NCBI RefSeq assembly: GCF_048593235.1
Contig: NC_133619.1
Coordinates: 583,413,963-583,477,962, forward strand
Length of the DNA: 64,000 nt
Direction: 5' to 3'
Origin: Sminthopsis crassicaudata
Taxonomy: Eukaryota
Shown piece by piece: positions 1 through 10,020 of the stretch. Below the pieces are notes generated by a model that had not been told where the DNA came from, did not search any database, and worked only from the letters and a program-made list of their open reading frames with translations. The number at the start of each line of letters is the position of its first letter. Positions within the stretch are counted from its first letter, which is position 1. The position numbers and the translations under genes are program-made.

Positions 1-373
1 TCTAGAGAAAAGCAAAGTTTATTGTACATTCTCGCGAGAAGGGCGTCCCACTCTTCGAGTAGACTATCGAAGAGAGGAAGCGCCTCCTGTGGGCAGGACA
101 GCACCTTTAATCCCTAACGCAAAACGCCCCCTCCCACCACTGACCCTCATCCTCATTGGCTGAGAGTCTTACATTCTAAACGCGAGATCTACCCATGAAA
201 TTGAACTTGACCAATAAGTACATAGTTGCCCATATTTGGATGAAATAGGGAGATGTCATAGGAGGGGAAGGCAATGCCCTTCAGAGTCCTTCAGGCCTAC
301 TCGAACTCTGAAGTAGATGAAGCCTTACTCGATTTTCACAACTGTCTTGAAAGATCTCACCTCATCTCATTCA
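1..373 (-). mobile_element. ERV LTR family A, cut by window edge
   Basis: Near-identical to 24714-25101 (about 8 substitutions and 3 small indels). The minus strand starts TGAATGAG at 373 and has CCAAT, a GC box and AATAAA; CpGs are retained. It interrupts a MIR-like SINE that resumes at 374. Confidence 0.9.
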
Positions 374-760
374 TCTCCATTTCCTCAAATTAAAAATGGG
401 AATAATATTCTTTTTTTCTCAGGATGTTATGAAGAACAAAGGAGATAATATTTATAAAATACTTAGCATACAATAGGCATTTAGTAAATGCTTATATATT
501 TTCTCTTTGTTTCCTATAAATAGATGCTTGATAAATTGAATCCATCAGGAAATAAATTCCTTAAGGGTAGGGACTATGTTTCATTTGGTGTAACAGATAT
601 AGCACTGGACCTGGAGTTAAGAATAAAAAGCAGAGTTCAAATCTAACCTCAGACATCCCTGGACAGCTCATTTAATTGTTATGTACCTCAGTTTCTTCAT
701 TCATATAAACAGAATCAATTAACTCTAAGGTCTCATTTAGCTCTAATTCTGTGATTATTT
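374..760 (+). mobile_element. MIR/CORE-SINE fragments
   Basis: Degenerate core motifs: tttcctcaaattaaaaatgggaataata, gagttcaaatctaacctcagac, cctcagtttcttcatt. Confidence 0.65.
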
Positions 761-904
761 GGATTCTATAATTGTTTGGATTCTTAAGGCTTGGTATAGC
801 ATAAGTACCTAGGTATTTGGAGTTAAATATAATTTTATTGAATCTAAATGAATTGATTTCAATTTGTACAATTCTCCATCCTTCAGAAAAAAAAAATTAA
901 ATAT

Positions 905-1095
905 TTGTTGTTCAGCTGTTTTTCTGTCATGGGTTTTCTTGACAAACATTTTGGAGTATTATGCCATTTTCTTCCCCTCGTTTTGAAGATGAGGAAACTA
1001 AGGCAAATAAGAAATGACAGGTTTAAGTATCTGAGGATGGATTTGAACTCAGGATTTCCTGACTTTAGGCCTGACATGCTATTCTGTATCCATCC
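905..1095 (+). mobile_element. MAR1-type marsupial SINE
   Basis: gttgttcagc...ggttttcttgacaaa...gatgaggaaactaaggcaaa...ggatttgaactcagg. Similar copies at about 6385-6630, 12850-13085 and 29330-29530. Confidence 0.7.
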
Positions 1096-1886
1096 ATTGA
1101 TGATCATGATGATAGTGCGTGATCAATATTAATGATGAAGATAGGGAAAACTCAGATAATATAGGTCTGTCAAGGCCTTTTTCTTGTGTTGGCTTCTAAG
1201 AGTAAATTTTATTAAAGTCTCTGCCCTTTTCCTTTATCTCTTCTCTCTCATTACACTATCCATTGTTGACCATACCTATTTATACAACTTCAGTGATCAC
1301 TTCCATGTTGATAAATTCCATAGAAACACCCTATAAGCTCTTACACCACAATTCTAAAGATCTAATGAATATTTTTACCTGCTTATCCCATAGTGATTTT
1401 AAATTCCACATTTACAAAAAACGTCATTCTCATCCCTGACTTTCCACCCCACAAACACCAAAATAAAAGACCCCTGCCACTCTTCTTAATTGATTCATGT
1501 ATTGATACTATCAACTTCCTAGACTTCCAGCCTCTATGCCTGATGATCCTTTTCAATTCTTTATGTCTAATCAATGTTGTAGATCAGTACTTTTATAGCT
1601 ATAATATTTTTTATCTACTCTCTTTTCTCCACTCATTCAGTCACTACTTAAAACATGCCTTTCTTACATCAGTCCTGGACTATCGAAATCACTGTGTTCT
1701 AAGTTCAAAAGTTCCGTAGATATCTTCAGAGTGCAGTTCATGTATCATCACCTCCTGTTTAAAGTAATAATATTAAATAAATCATTGCTTGAATATAGGA
1801 TACTTCTGAAGAGTCTTCAGCATTTTGCCCATGGCATGTTCTAAGTCCCTTATCAATGTTTCCCCAAAGAGCACCTTGAGGATGGC

Positions 1887-2795
1887 TCAACGGATTTGCT
1901 GGGTCTTGACACTGTAGATCACAGGGTTCATTAAGGGTGGAAAGAGCACTGAGACTGTGCCCATAAGCACATGCACAACGGGAGAAGCATGGTGCCCAAA
2001 GCGGTGAACTATGGACAAGCCAAGTACAGGAACATAGAAGCACAACACAGCCAGGATGTGGGACACACATGTGTTAAGGGCTTTGAGTCTCTCCTTGGCA
2101 GAGGCAATGGAGAGCACAGTGCAGAGGATAATGGTGTAGGAGACCAGGATAAAGAGAACATCAGAGCCCATGGCCAACATGATAATGCACAGACCATAGA
2201 TGCTATTGAAGCGTGTGTCAGAGCAGGACAGCCGGATCATGTCCTGATGTAAGCAGTAAGCATGAGAGAGGGCCCCAGGACGGCAGTACTGGAAAGTGAA
2301 CAAGCGGAGAGAGGGGGCTGCTGTGATAGCAGCACTCCTCAAACCCAGCACTGCCCCAGCCAGTGCCACACGGGGGCCAGAGAGGATGGTGGAATAGCGC
2401 AGGGGGAAGCGAATGGCCACCAGTCGGTCCAGGGACATGGCAAACAGTACAGCAGATTCCATAAAGGAGAAGGAATGGAGGAAATGCTGCTGGAGAATAC
2501 AAGACACCAGCCCAATGGCCCGTGCATCAAACCACAGCACACCCAACACTGTGGGCAGAGTCGACATGCATAGACCCAAGTCTGTCACTGCCAGAATCGC
2601 CAGGAAGTAGTACATGGGCTGGTGCAGGGAGTTCTCAGTGCGCACCAGGTGGAGGATGGTGATGTTGCCCAGCACAGCCACTAGGTAGCCTGCAAAGATG
2701 GGCAGAGAGATCCAGCAGTGAGCCCACTCCAGACCTGGGAAACCAGTCAGCAAAAAGGTGGTAAAGCTGAAATTGGTCCTGGGCAGGTTAGGCAT
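1887..2795 (-). CDS. OR51AI2: Class I olfactory receptor, family 51, Or51ai2 (Olfr632/MOR2-1)-like; C-terminally truncated, possible pseudogene
   Basis: Motifs LHQPMYYFL, MSLDRLVAI, SHAYC, KALNTC and [42 protein letters not shown] and MGSDVLF match my recollection of mouse Olfr632. Start is set at ATG 2795 (MPNLPRTNFS, 302 aa) because the track's ATG 2873 lies in a predicted intron. The ORF ends KTQQIR-TGA. The symbol is recalled and less certain than the OR51 call. Confidence 0.9.
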   Translation of the reverse strand: MPNLPRTNFSFTTFLLTGFPGLEWAHCWISLPIFAGYLVAVLGNITILHLVRTENSLHQPMYYFLAILAVTDLGLCMSTLPTVLGVLWFDARAIGLVSCILQQHFLHSFSFMESAVLFAMSLDRLVAIRFPLRYSTILSGPRVALAGAVLGLRSAAITAAPSLRLFTFQYCRPGALSHAYCLHQDMIRLSCSDTRFNSIYGLCIIMLAMGSDVLFILVSYTIILCTVLSIASAKERLKALNTCVSHILAVLCFYVPVLGLSIVHRFGHHASPVVHVLMGTVSVLFPPLMNPVIYSVKTQQIR

Positions 2796-2809
2796 CCTTG
2801 GAAATTCTT

Positions 2810-2894
2810 CTGAGACAAATTGGTATTGAGTAGTTAGTAAAACAAAAATTTTAAAAAGGCCAATCTCCCCCATTAACCCTACACCATCACTTAC
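2810..2894 (-). promoter_or_regulatory. 85-nt 5' UTR intron just upstream of the OR coding exon
   Basis: Donor AAG|GTAAGT at 2894, branch point TACTAAC at 2839-2833, acceptor ttgtctcAG at 2811-2810, 14 nt before the ATG. Confidence 0.75.
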
Positions 2895-3619
2895 CTTCTA
2901 GTTATCTTGGCAACAGGCTGAGTATCCATAATCATTGCTTTTAGCAGAGGCTTCACTCAAAGTCTTCATACCTCCCCCCCTCCCCTTCTCAATTCTACCA
3001 TCCCTTTCTTTATCCCTGGTCAATCCTTAAGGCTGGATTTTACCTCCATTGTGAATTTTCTCTGCTAGTATTCCCAAACTGCATTGCTGCTGCAAATAAG
3101 TATAGAACTAGGATGATATGACCTTTTTTTTTTTTTTTTTCTTAATCCATTTTTATCTATTCTCCAATAAGCATTCCCTGCTTCTCAGAAATTCTAATAT
3201 CTTTGATTCATTATCCAATAAAAAAAAAATTTTTAACTATCCAGGTTCCTCCTTAAAGGTCTAGACACACTTAACTCTTTGCAAATGAGCACCCATGCAA
3301 AGGCCATCTACAATGAGCTCCTTCATCATTTAGTACCAATCAGTGTTTCTTCTTGAGTAATCCACTGTAAAGTTCTTAACTTCAGTTATTTTATTTGTAA
3401 AATGAGGGAGCTAAATAGTGATTTCTGATGTCCTTTCCAGCTCTAAATTTCTAAGTTTCTCCCATTTAAAAACATATCAGAAATTAACTAAGCTTTTTTT
3501 GTGGGGTTGTGGAAGGGGAAGAAGTGTTTGTAATTGTTGGGAAGTATAAATGTCAAAAAAATGCATCATTATGTTTTTAACATTTAATTTTAAGCAGAGG
3601 CCATGTCTACCTAAACACT

Positions 3620-3870
3620 GTTGTTTGACCTTTGTTTTTGAAGAGGACCATGACATCTGGGAGATGATCCCATGACATGCAAGTGAATGGATTTAAGTAA
3701 AGATGGACTTTGTAAAATCACTAACCTCAATTTTTCCTCCAGAGGCATCTGAATCCAGAAGCAAGCTATAGATTTCTGGAAGATGGCATGCCAGTGGGAG
3801 ATCTTGGCTTTTTTAAAGCTAAGGATTTTAATACTTCTAGATAAGAATTGAGGTAAAGAATGACCTCTCA
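3620..3870 (+). mobile_element. Marsupial RTE-related SINE (family name uncertain)
   Basis: gaagaggaccatgacatc...catgacatgcaagtgaatggatttaagt. Related copies at about 4718-4865 (+) and 11095-11315 (-). Confidence 0.65.
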
Positions 3871-3930
3871 TAGAGTCAAAATAAGGGAGGGGGGGAAATC
3901 ATCCAATTTGAGAGGGGAATCACCCATTTC

Positions 3931-4425
3931 TGCAAGTGAAATGAGCAGAACCAGGAGATTGGATTGTACATGGCAACAACAATATCATACAAAGATCAAT
4001 TCTGATGGACATGATTCTTTCCAACAATGAGATGATTGAGACCTGTTTCATGATCTTGTGATAAGAAAGTAGTGTAGATGGCTATACCCAGAAAGAAGAC
4101 TGTGGGAACTGAGTGTGGATCACAACATAATATTCTCACTCCTTTTGTTGTTGTAAGCTTGCCTTTAGCTTTCTTATTTATTTTCTTTCCTTTTTGATCA
4201 GATTTTTCTTGTGCAATAAGATAATTGTATAAGTATGTTTACATATATTGAATTTAACATATATTTTAACATGTATAACATATATTGGATCACTTGTCAT
4301 CTAAGGGAGAACCTGGGGGAAGGAGAAGAAAATTTGGAGCACAAGGGTATACAAAGGTTAATATTGAAAAATTATCCATGTATATGTTTTGAAAATAAAA
4401 AGCTTTAGTAAAAAGAAAATTTAAA
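3931..4425 (+). mobile_element. L1 3' end fragment
   Basis: agtgaaatgagcagaaccagg (ORF2 end) followed by the 3' UTR also seen at 20521, 37930 and 63224; A-rich tail. Confidence 0.85.
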
Positions 4426-4499
4426 TGATTATGGGGAAAAAATTACATTTCTTTGAATAGAGCACTTGCAAGTAAGTTTGTGATACTCTATGTGGACAA

Positions 4500-4680
4500 A
4501 AAGAAGGGAAAGAAAATTGAAAGAGAAAAAGAAGAGGGAGGGAGGAAAATAGAAAGGAAAGAAGAAAGGAAGAAGGGAAGGGAAGCGGGGAGAGAGGAAG
4601 AGAAGGAGAAAAGAAAGAAGAGAGAGAGAAGGAGGAAGAGAGGAAGAGAAAGCAAAGGTTGGAGGAAGGGAAGAAAGAGA
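4500..4680. repeat. Purine-rich (GA/GAAG) low-complexity tract
   Basis: Almost only A and G. Similar tracts at about 18860-18960 and 36405-36540. Confidence 0.9.
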
Positions 4681-5199
4681 GGCCGTGTTGCTCAACTAAC
4701 AGCTCTACTCATATAAACTGTTTGTCTTTCATTCTCGAAGAGAACATGACATCTGTGAAATGATGTCATAACATGCAAGTGAATTGGATATAAGTGAGAG
4801 TGGGCTGTGCAAAATCAACAGCCTCAAAGCTATCTGTGTCTAGTGGTAAGATATAGATCAGGACTAGAGATAACCCTCACCTTAACTTTATGGCATACTT
4901 CATAAAGTCCTCCAGAACATTTAATGTGATCAGAATTTGATGTTATAATCAATACTTACAACAAAATGAATTTCATACACATAACAATATACATAAATTA
5001 TTATTTTGCTAAACAACTTTAGTATAAATGTATTAAATACATCATTATCCATGGGTACCAACTCCCTTTCCCATATGGGATAAGGACTTTGATAAATCAC
5101 ATATTACCAAAAAGAAAAGACCAAGCAATGTTTCCAATTGTATTCTCCCCCTTACTTCATATCACTCAGATTTCTCATACTTATATTCTTTATTCTGGT

Positions 5200-6170
5200 C
5201 TTAAATGAAGAGATGAGCCTTCTCCTTGCAGAGGCCAGCCCCTTTAAATGTGCCTTTAATCCTATACTATCATATCTTTTGTATTGTCCAGAAAACTGTC
5301 CCCTCTAAAATCCTTGCTCTCTCTTATCTCTAACATTTCCCTATTTTCTAGCTCCAACTCCCTTACCAATAAGTATAATATGTCCTTTATTTTTTTTAAA
5401 GTCTCTTTATTCTATCAACCCTGCTAGCTTTTATCTTATCTGTCCTCATGTTAGCTAAAGAAAGCTGTCTACACTAGATATCTCAATTTCTCTTTCACTA
5501 TCAAACTTCCTGCAGCCTGGCTTTTGATATCATAGACCAAAATTGTTTTCTTCAAAGTTACTAATGATCTCTTAATTACCAGATCAAATGCCCTTTGCTC
5601 AGTTCTCATTATTCTTTTCCTTTCTCTAGCTTTGGGCAGAACTGATCACATTGTGCTATTAGATCTTCTCTCCTCTCTAGGTTTTCATGAAACTATTTAA
5701 TCCGGTTTCTCTCCTACTATTTTCCTGATAAATCCTCATCTCCTTTCCAAGTTCTCTATTAAAAATGGTGTCCCTTAAGGCTCTATCCAAGATCCATTTC
5801 TTATTTCCCTCTATCCCATCCTTGTTGACTAATTTATTAGCTTCCTTATGTTCAATTATCAGCCTAGGAAGATGATTCCAAAATGAACACATATATAATC
5901 CTATTTTTCTCCCATGTTACAGTGACATACAGAAACTGCCTTGGTGATATCACACACTGAATGACCCATATCTATACCAAAGTCAACCTATTTCAAAAAA
6001 ATTTACTTCTCTCTCCAATCCCCCCTCCAAGTCTATCCCATCCCTATCTTCCCTATTACTATTGGAGCCTTACCATTCTCAGTCATTCAGGCTGGAAACC
6101 TCATTGTCATCCTATCTTTCATGATCTACATATCCAATACATTGTAAATTTTACATTGATTGCCTTCTAA
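5200..6170 (+). mobile_element. L2 ORF2 (reverse transcriptase) relic
   Basis: aaagttactaatgatctcttaatt reads KVTNDLLI; ggtgtcccttaaggg resembles GVPQG. Many stops and frameshifts. Confidence 0.8.
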
Positions 6171-7959
6171 TTGAACACTATACCTTGTCCCCTTCACTCA
6201 ATCCAGCATACTCCTACTTAAAAACTGTTAGCTTTATTTTACAAAGTCTAATATTTTGTATGTAGTTTTTTTTTCCAACTTAACCCCTTCTGCTTTTCCA
6301 GTTTTCTCTTTGAAGGCAGGTCCATAATAACTGTTCTCTTCAGTTCTTCCACCTTCTGAAGAGCAAAATTATGCAGAAGAAAAAGGCAAGAATTTGTTAT
6401 TGTTCAAGTCATTTTGGCTATGTCTGCCTCTTTGTGATTCCATTTGGACTTTTTTTTGCAAAGATACTGGAGTAGTTTGCCATTTCCTTCTCCAGCTCAT
6501 TTTATAGGTGAGGAAAATGAAACAAATAGAATTAAGTGACTTGTCCAGGGTCACATAGTTACTAAGTGTCTGATACCAATTTTGAATTCTGGCATTCCTG
6601 ACTCTAAATCCAGAATTGTGTCCAGAAATGTATTAGATGCTTGACTTTCATCATGATCTCATACATTTATAGAATTTAGATCACTAAATTCACATATCAT
6701 ATAGGAAGCTGGTCTGAAGTTAAGAAAACTAGTGTTCAAATTCTATATCTGACACTTATAGTCTGTGTCATCATGGATATGCCACTGAAACTTATTTGTC
6801 AAATGAGGGGATTGCTTTTAGTCACCTTTCCAGCTATCAATCTAAGAATCTCAGCCTCTTTATTGTATAGATCAATAAAATGAGGCTCAGAAAAGATAAA
6901 TGACTTCCTCCTTTACTAGAGAAAGAGAATCTAAACTCAGATCCTCTGATAATATTCTTTCTATCATACCCACTCACTGCAGCAGGTGTCCAAATTGTCA
7001 TTCAAGTCCCAAAGTACAAACATAGTCTACTTCTATAAAGCTTACTACAAACATATTCTACTTCTGTATACCATAGTGATCTGCAACAGTTACTCCTCAT
7101 CCAATTCTTCTACTTGGCAGGACACCCCATTAGTGATTCTTGGTCAGCCTGTGGGTCCTCAACCAATTGCCTTCTTGCATGCATCTCACCTCAATATTCA
7201 TATGTCCTTAGAGAGATTTCTGATTTATTCTGTCATCTATATTTTTTAAACATCTAATTTGTTTCATTTAAAGGCAGAATATTCTTCCATTAGTAGACTA
7301 ATTGCTCAATAAGTAAAAGTTGGTTTCAAAGTCCAGAGGAGTGAAGGTCAAATCCCACCTCATCATATAATGGCTGTGGGATCTTAGGTAAATGACTAAA
7401 TCTCTTGATGACTCTTTAAGACCTGAAGTTGCAACCTTTAAGTTGCTGACCAGCCATCAACAGAAGAAATGTCCTTCACTAAGGGTTCTCTATGCCAATA
7501 AAATCACTCTTCCAGCCCCTTTCCTAATCATGTCTCACATTCTATCCAGTGTCAATGATATAGCTGTGAGACTAAATTTAACTGCTTTTGGTAAAATATC
7601 TAGCATACAATGTAGAAATTTATTTTTACTTGACTATACCTATATGTAACCTGCTTTGTTTTCTTTCTTTCTCAACTGTGGAGTAGGCTGGTAAGTAGAA
7701 GGGATAGCATTCAGAACTGAAAATAAAATAAAATTTTAAAAATCTGTGCTTAAGCACACTTTCTTGCCCATTTTCTGTGCATGGGAATATAAATATGTGC
7801 TCCCATGAACTTTAATTCTCTTTCTTTCTCTCATCATAGCCTCCTTTACTTGTATTTCCACGACAATTAGAGTTTCTTTGGATGAGGCTTATGATCTTAT
7901 TTTTTTCCTGACAATCAAAGTAACTGATTACATTTTGATGTAATTAGTTTGAAATATTA

Positions 7960-8070
7960 TTTATTTTAACATAATCAGTTATTTTTTGCAATCATATTTA
8001 TTTTATTTTATGCATTTAAAAATATTCTTCTGAGGAGCCCATAGGTTTCTTTATACTGACAAAGGAATTC
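7960..8070. mobile_element. hAT-type non-autonomous DNA transposon relic
   Basis: tattttattttatgcatttaaaaatattcttctgaggagcccatagg. A reverse-oriented relative is at about 29030-29180. Family uncertain. Confidence 0.5.
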
Positions 8071-8419
8071 ACATAATTCCTTAATTATATAATATAATCA
8101 TATATAATATAATAATAAGGCAACTTGCTTTAGACAATAATTACATGTAATTTTTTCTGCTCCTGATCCTTTTTCAGTTTAATTTGAAAGTATGTCATCA
8201 TCCACTTCTACTTGACAGCTTTCTCTCACTGGTAGTACAGAGATGGGGCAGAAAAAGAGGTAAATACTCTGGGGTTATGGAGAGGAAAAGCAAAGACCCA
8301 GACTTAGAATAGGAGAAACTGAGAGACAAAAAGCAGACTAAGGAACAGGAAGTAAGACTTTGTTAGGGGAGAAAGCAAGGGAAGACTGAGAAACAGAGAA
8401 AGGGAAGGCTAAAAAGCTG

Positions 8420-8660
8420 GAGTGTGCTGATAAATATCAATCAACTCTCAGGGAGGGAAATGTACCCATGACACACTTTTTACTTTAATTTGCATCACTA
8501 ACATTTTCTCCATCACTTTTTTAAGTGACATCAATCAGCAAAACAATAAATCAAATCAGATTTAGAGAATTTGCTGATTTCTGAGGTATAAATGCTTACA
8601 TACACACACACACACACACAAATAACAATCATCTCTCAAGAACCAATTTGAGCCATTCCT
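8420..8660. mobile_element. MER63-like hAT DNA transposon relic
   Basis: gtgtgctgataaat terminus and caaaacaataaatcaa interior resemble the recalled MER63 consensus; similar to 48361-48590. Confidence 0.6.
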
Positions 8661-9439
8661 TGTAAGGAACATAGGCAGGGGAAGCTGGATAATACTGAGA
8701 GAATAAAATACAGAGATAATGGACATACAATGGTATCTCTCTCCCGGCAGCCATCTTATCCAATCTCCTGTCAGTTGAGAGGATCTTTTTCTCTTGATAA
8801 GTAAGATCTTACTTGGTAAAATCTAAAGTAAAGATCTTACTTTAAATTTATTTTAAATTTACTTTTAAATTTCATGATTCCTCTCTCATTTCCCATGGAG
8901 ATACCATGGCCACCCTCCATTAGAACCCGATTCCCTCTCAGAAAATTTAATTTTGTTCTTTTTTATTTTTATTTTGTAAATGTCCTACAAGTTTCCTGAT
9001 ACAGCTCCACTCCCTTCTCTGTTCTTTAAATTAAGCCTATAGGATTTGAAAATAGTACTAACAGGATTGGTCATACAATCAGAGACCTGAATTTGATCCA
9101 TGATTCCAGGACTGTTAGTGAATAACTGTGTAACTTTCAACAAATTCCTTCATTTCTCTATAGTTCAATCTCCACATAAGATTCAGACCCATCCTCACTG
9201 TACAAAAGTGAGGAATAAATATTACAATGATCCCAAGTTCTCTCTCACCTTTATCCCCTTCTCTTTCCCAAGTTATCAATAGAAAATTCTGTTCCTGCCA
9301 CCAGCCAGGATCCTAACTTAATCTGAATTGCACACTAGATCTTACCCTCTCCAAGCATTCATCTCAGTATTCATTCACCTGCTCTCTAGGATGACTGGAG
9401 TTCACTGCTGCTCACATCTATAGAGCTAGGCCTGTGCTC

Positions 9440-9660
9440 TGCTTACCTGGCACCTTTAAGGCCTTTGTCCACAATACCCTAGAGTCTGTGAGTACCCCTC
9501 CCTTGGTGTGATATTTATATCACCTCCCATTTCATAGATCGTCACTGGGACTTCAGATTCAGCAAGGATTTCTAAATCACTGATGTAATGCTACTTAGGG
9601 AGTCCCTGGTACCTATTACATGCTTGTGAAGCCTATGTCCTCACTTTCCACTCAGGAGAT
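9440..9660 (-). promoter_or_regulatory. Candidate promoter and first exon of the Or51ai2-like gene
   Basis: TATAAA at 9519-9514, donor CAG|GTAAGC at 9446, O/E-like motifs near 9595-9610 and 9650; unique sequence 6.6 kb upstream of the CDS. Confidence 0.4.
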
Positions 9661-9739
9661 TATAGCAATACCGCATTTTGTTCCTAGGATTTGAAGTGAA
9701 AAGATATTTTAAGGATCATCTAGTTTAACTCTACCTTTT

Positions 9740-10020
9740 TATTTTTTTCCTTCAATTTTTTTCTTTAATTTCTTCAGTTACATAAAAAACATTTTTTTAC
9801 ATTTATTTTTCAAAGTGTGAATTCCAGATTCTCTCCTTTCCTCTCTATCCCAACCCCCCTTGGTGAGAAGACATATTTGAAGTTATGAAAAACATTTCAT
9901 TAAAGTCACGTTTCAAAAGAAGATAGATCTTCACCTCCCAAAAAAATCTTCAAGAAAAATAGTTAAAAAAAAAAAAAGTATGTATCAGTCTCTATTTAGA
10001 TCCAATCATTTCTTCCTCTG
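9740..10020 (-). mobile_element. Old L1 3' end fragment
   Basis: T-rich start followed by a reverse-complemented L1 3' UTR (ttccagattctctcctttcctctctatcccaacccc). Confidence 0.55.

Noticed and set aside
1-373. First LTR as the 3' LTR of the ERV starting at 25101
   Set aside because: The intervening 24 kb holds OR genes and old LINEs. The base next to 373 is a MIR fragment, not a PPT.
1759-2610. Overlapping and antisense ORFs on OR genes (also 15330-15822, 32554-33395, 42821-43590, 55403-56389)
   Set aside because: Expected shadow frames of GC-richer coding DNA; no recognisable protein.
2796-2873. 26-aa N-terminal extension (MGEIGL...) in the ORF track
   Set aside because: The ATG lies inside a predicted intron with consensus donor, branch point and acceptor. 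MPNLPRTNFS has the normal OR length and N-glycosylation site.
4429-4716. Lys/Glu/Arg-rich and Phe/Ser-rich ORFs (also 18834-19188, 36276-36578)
   Set aside because: Translations of purine-rich simple repeats.
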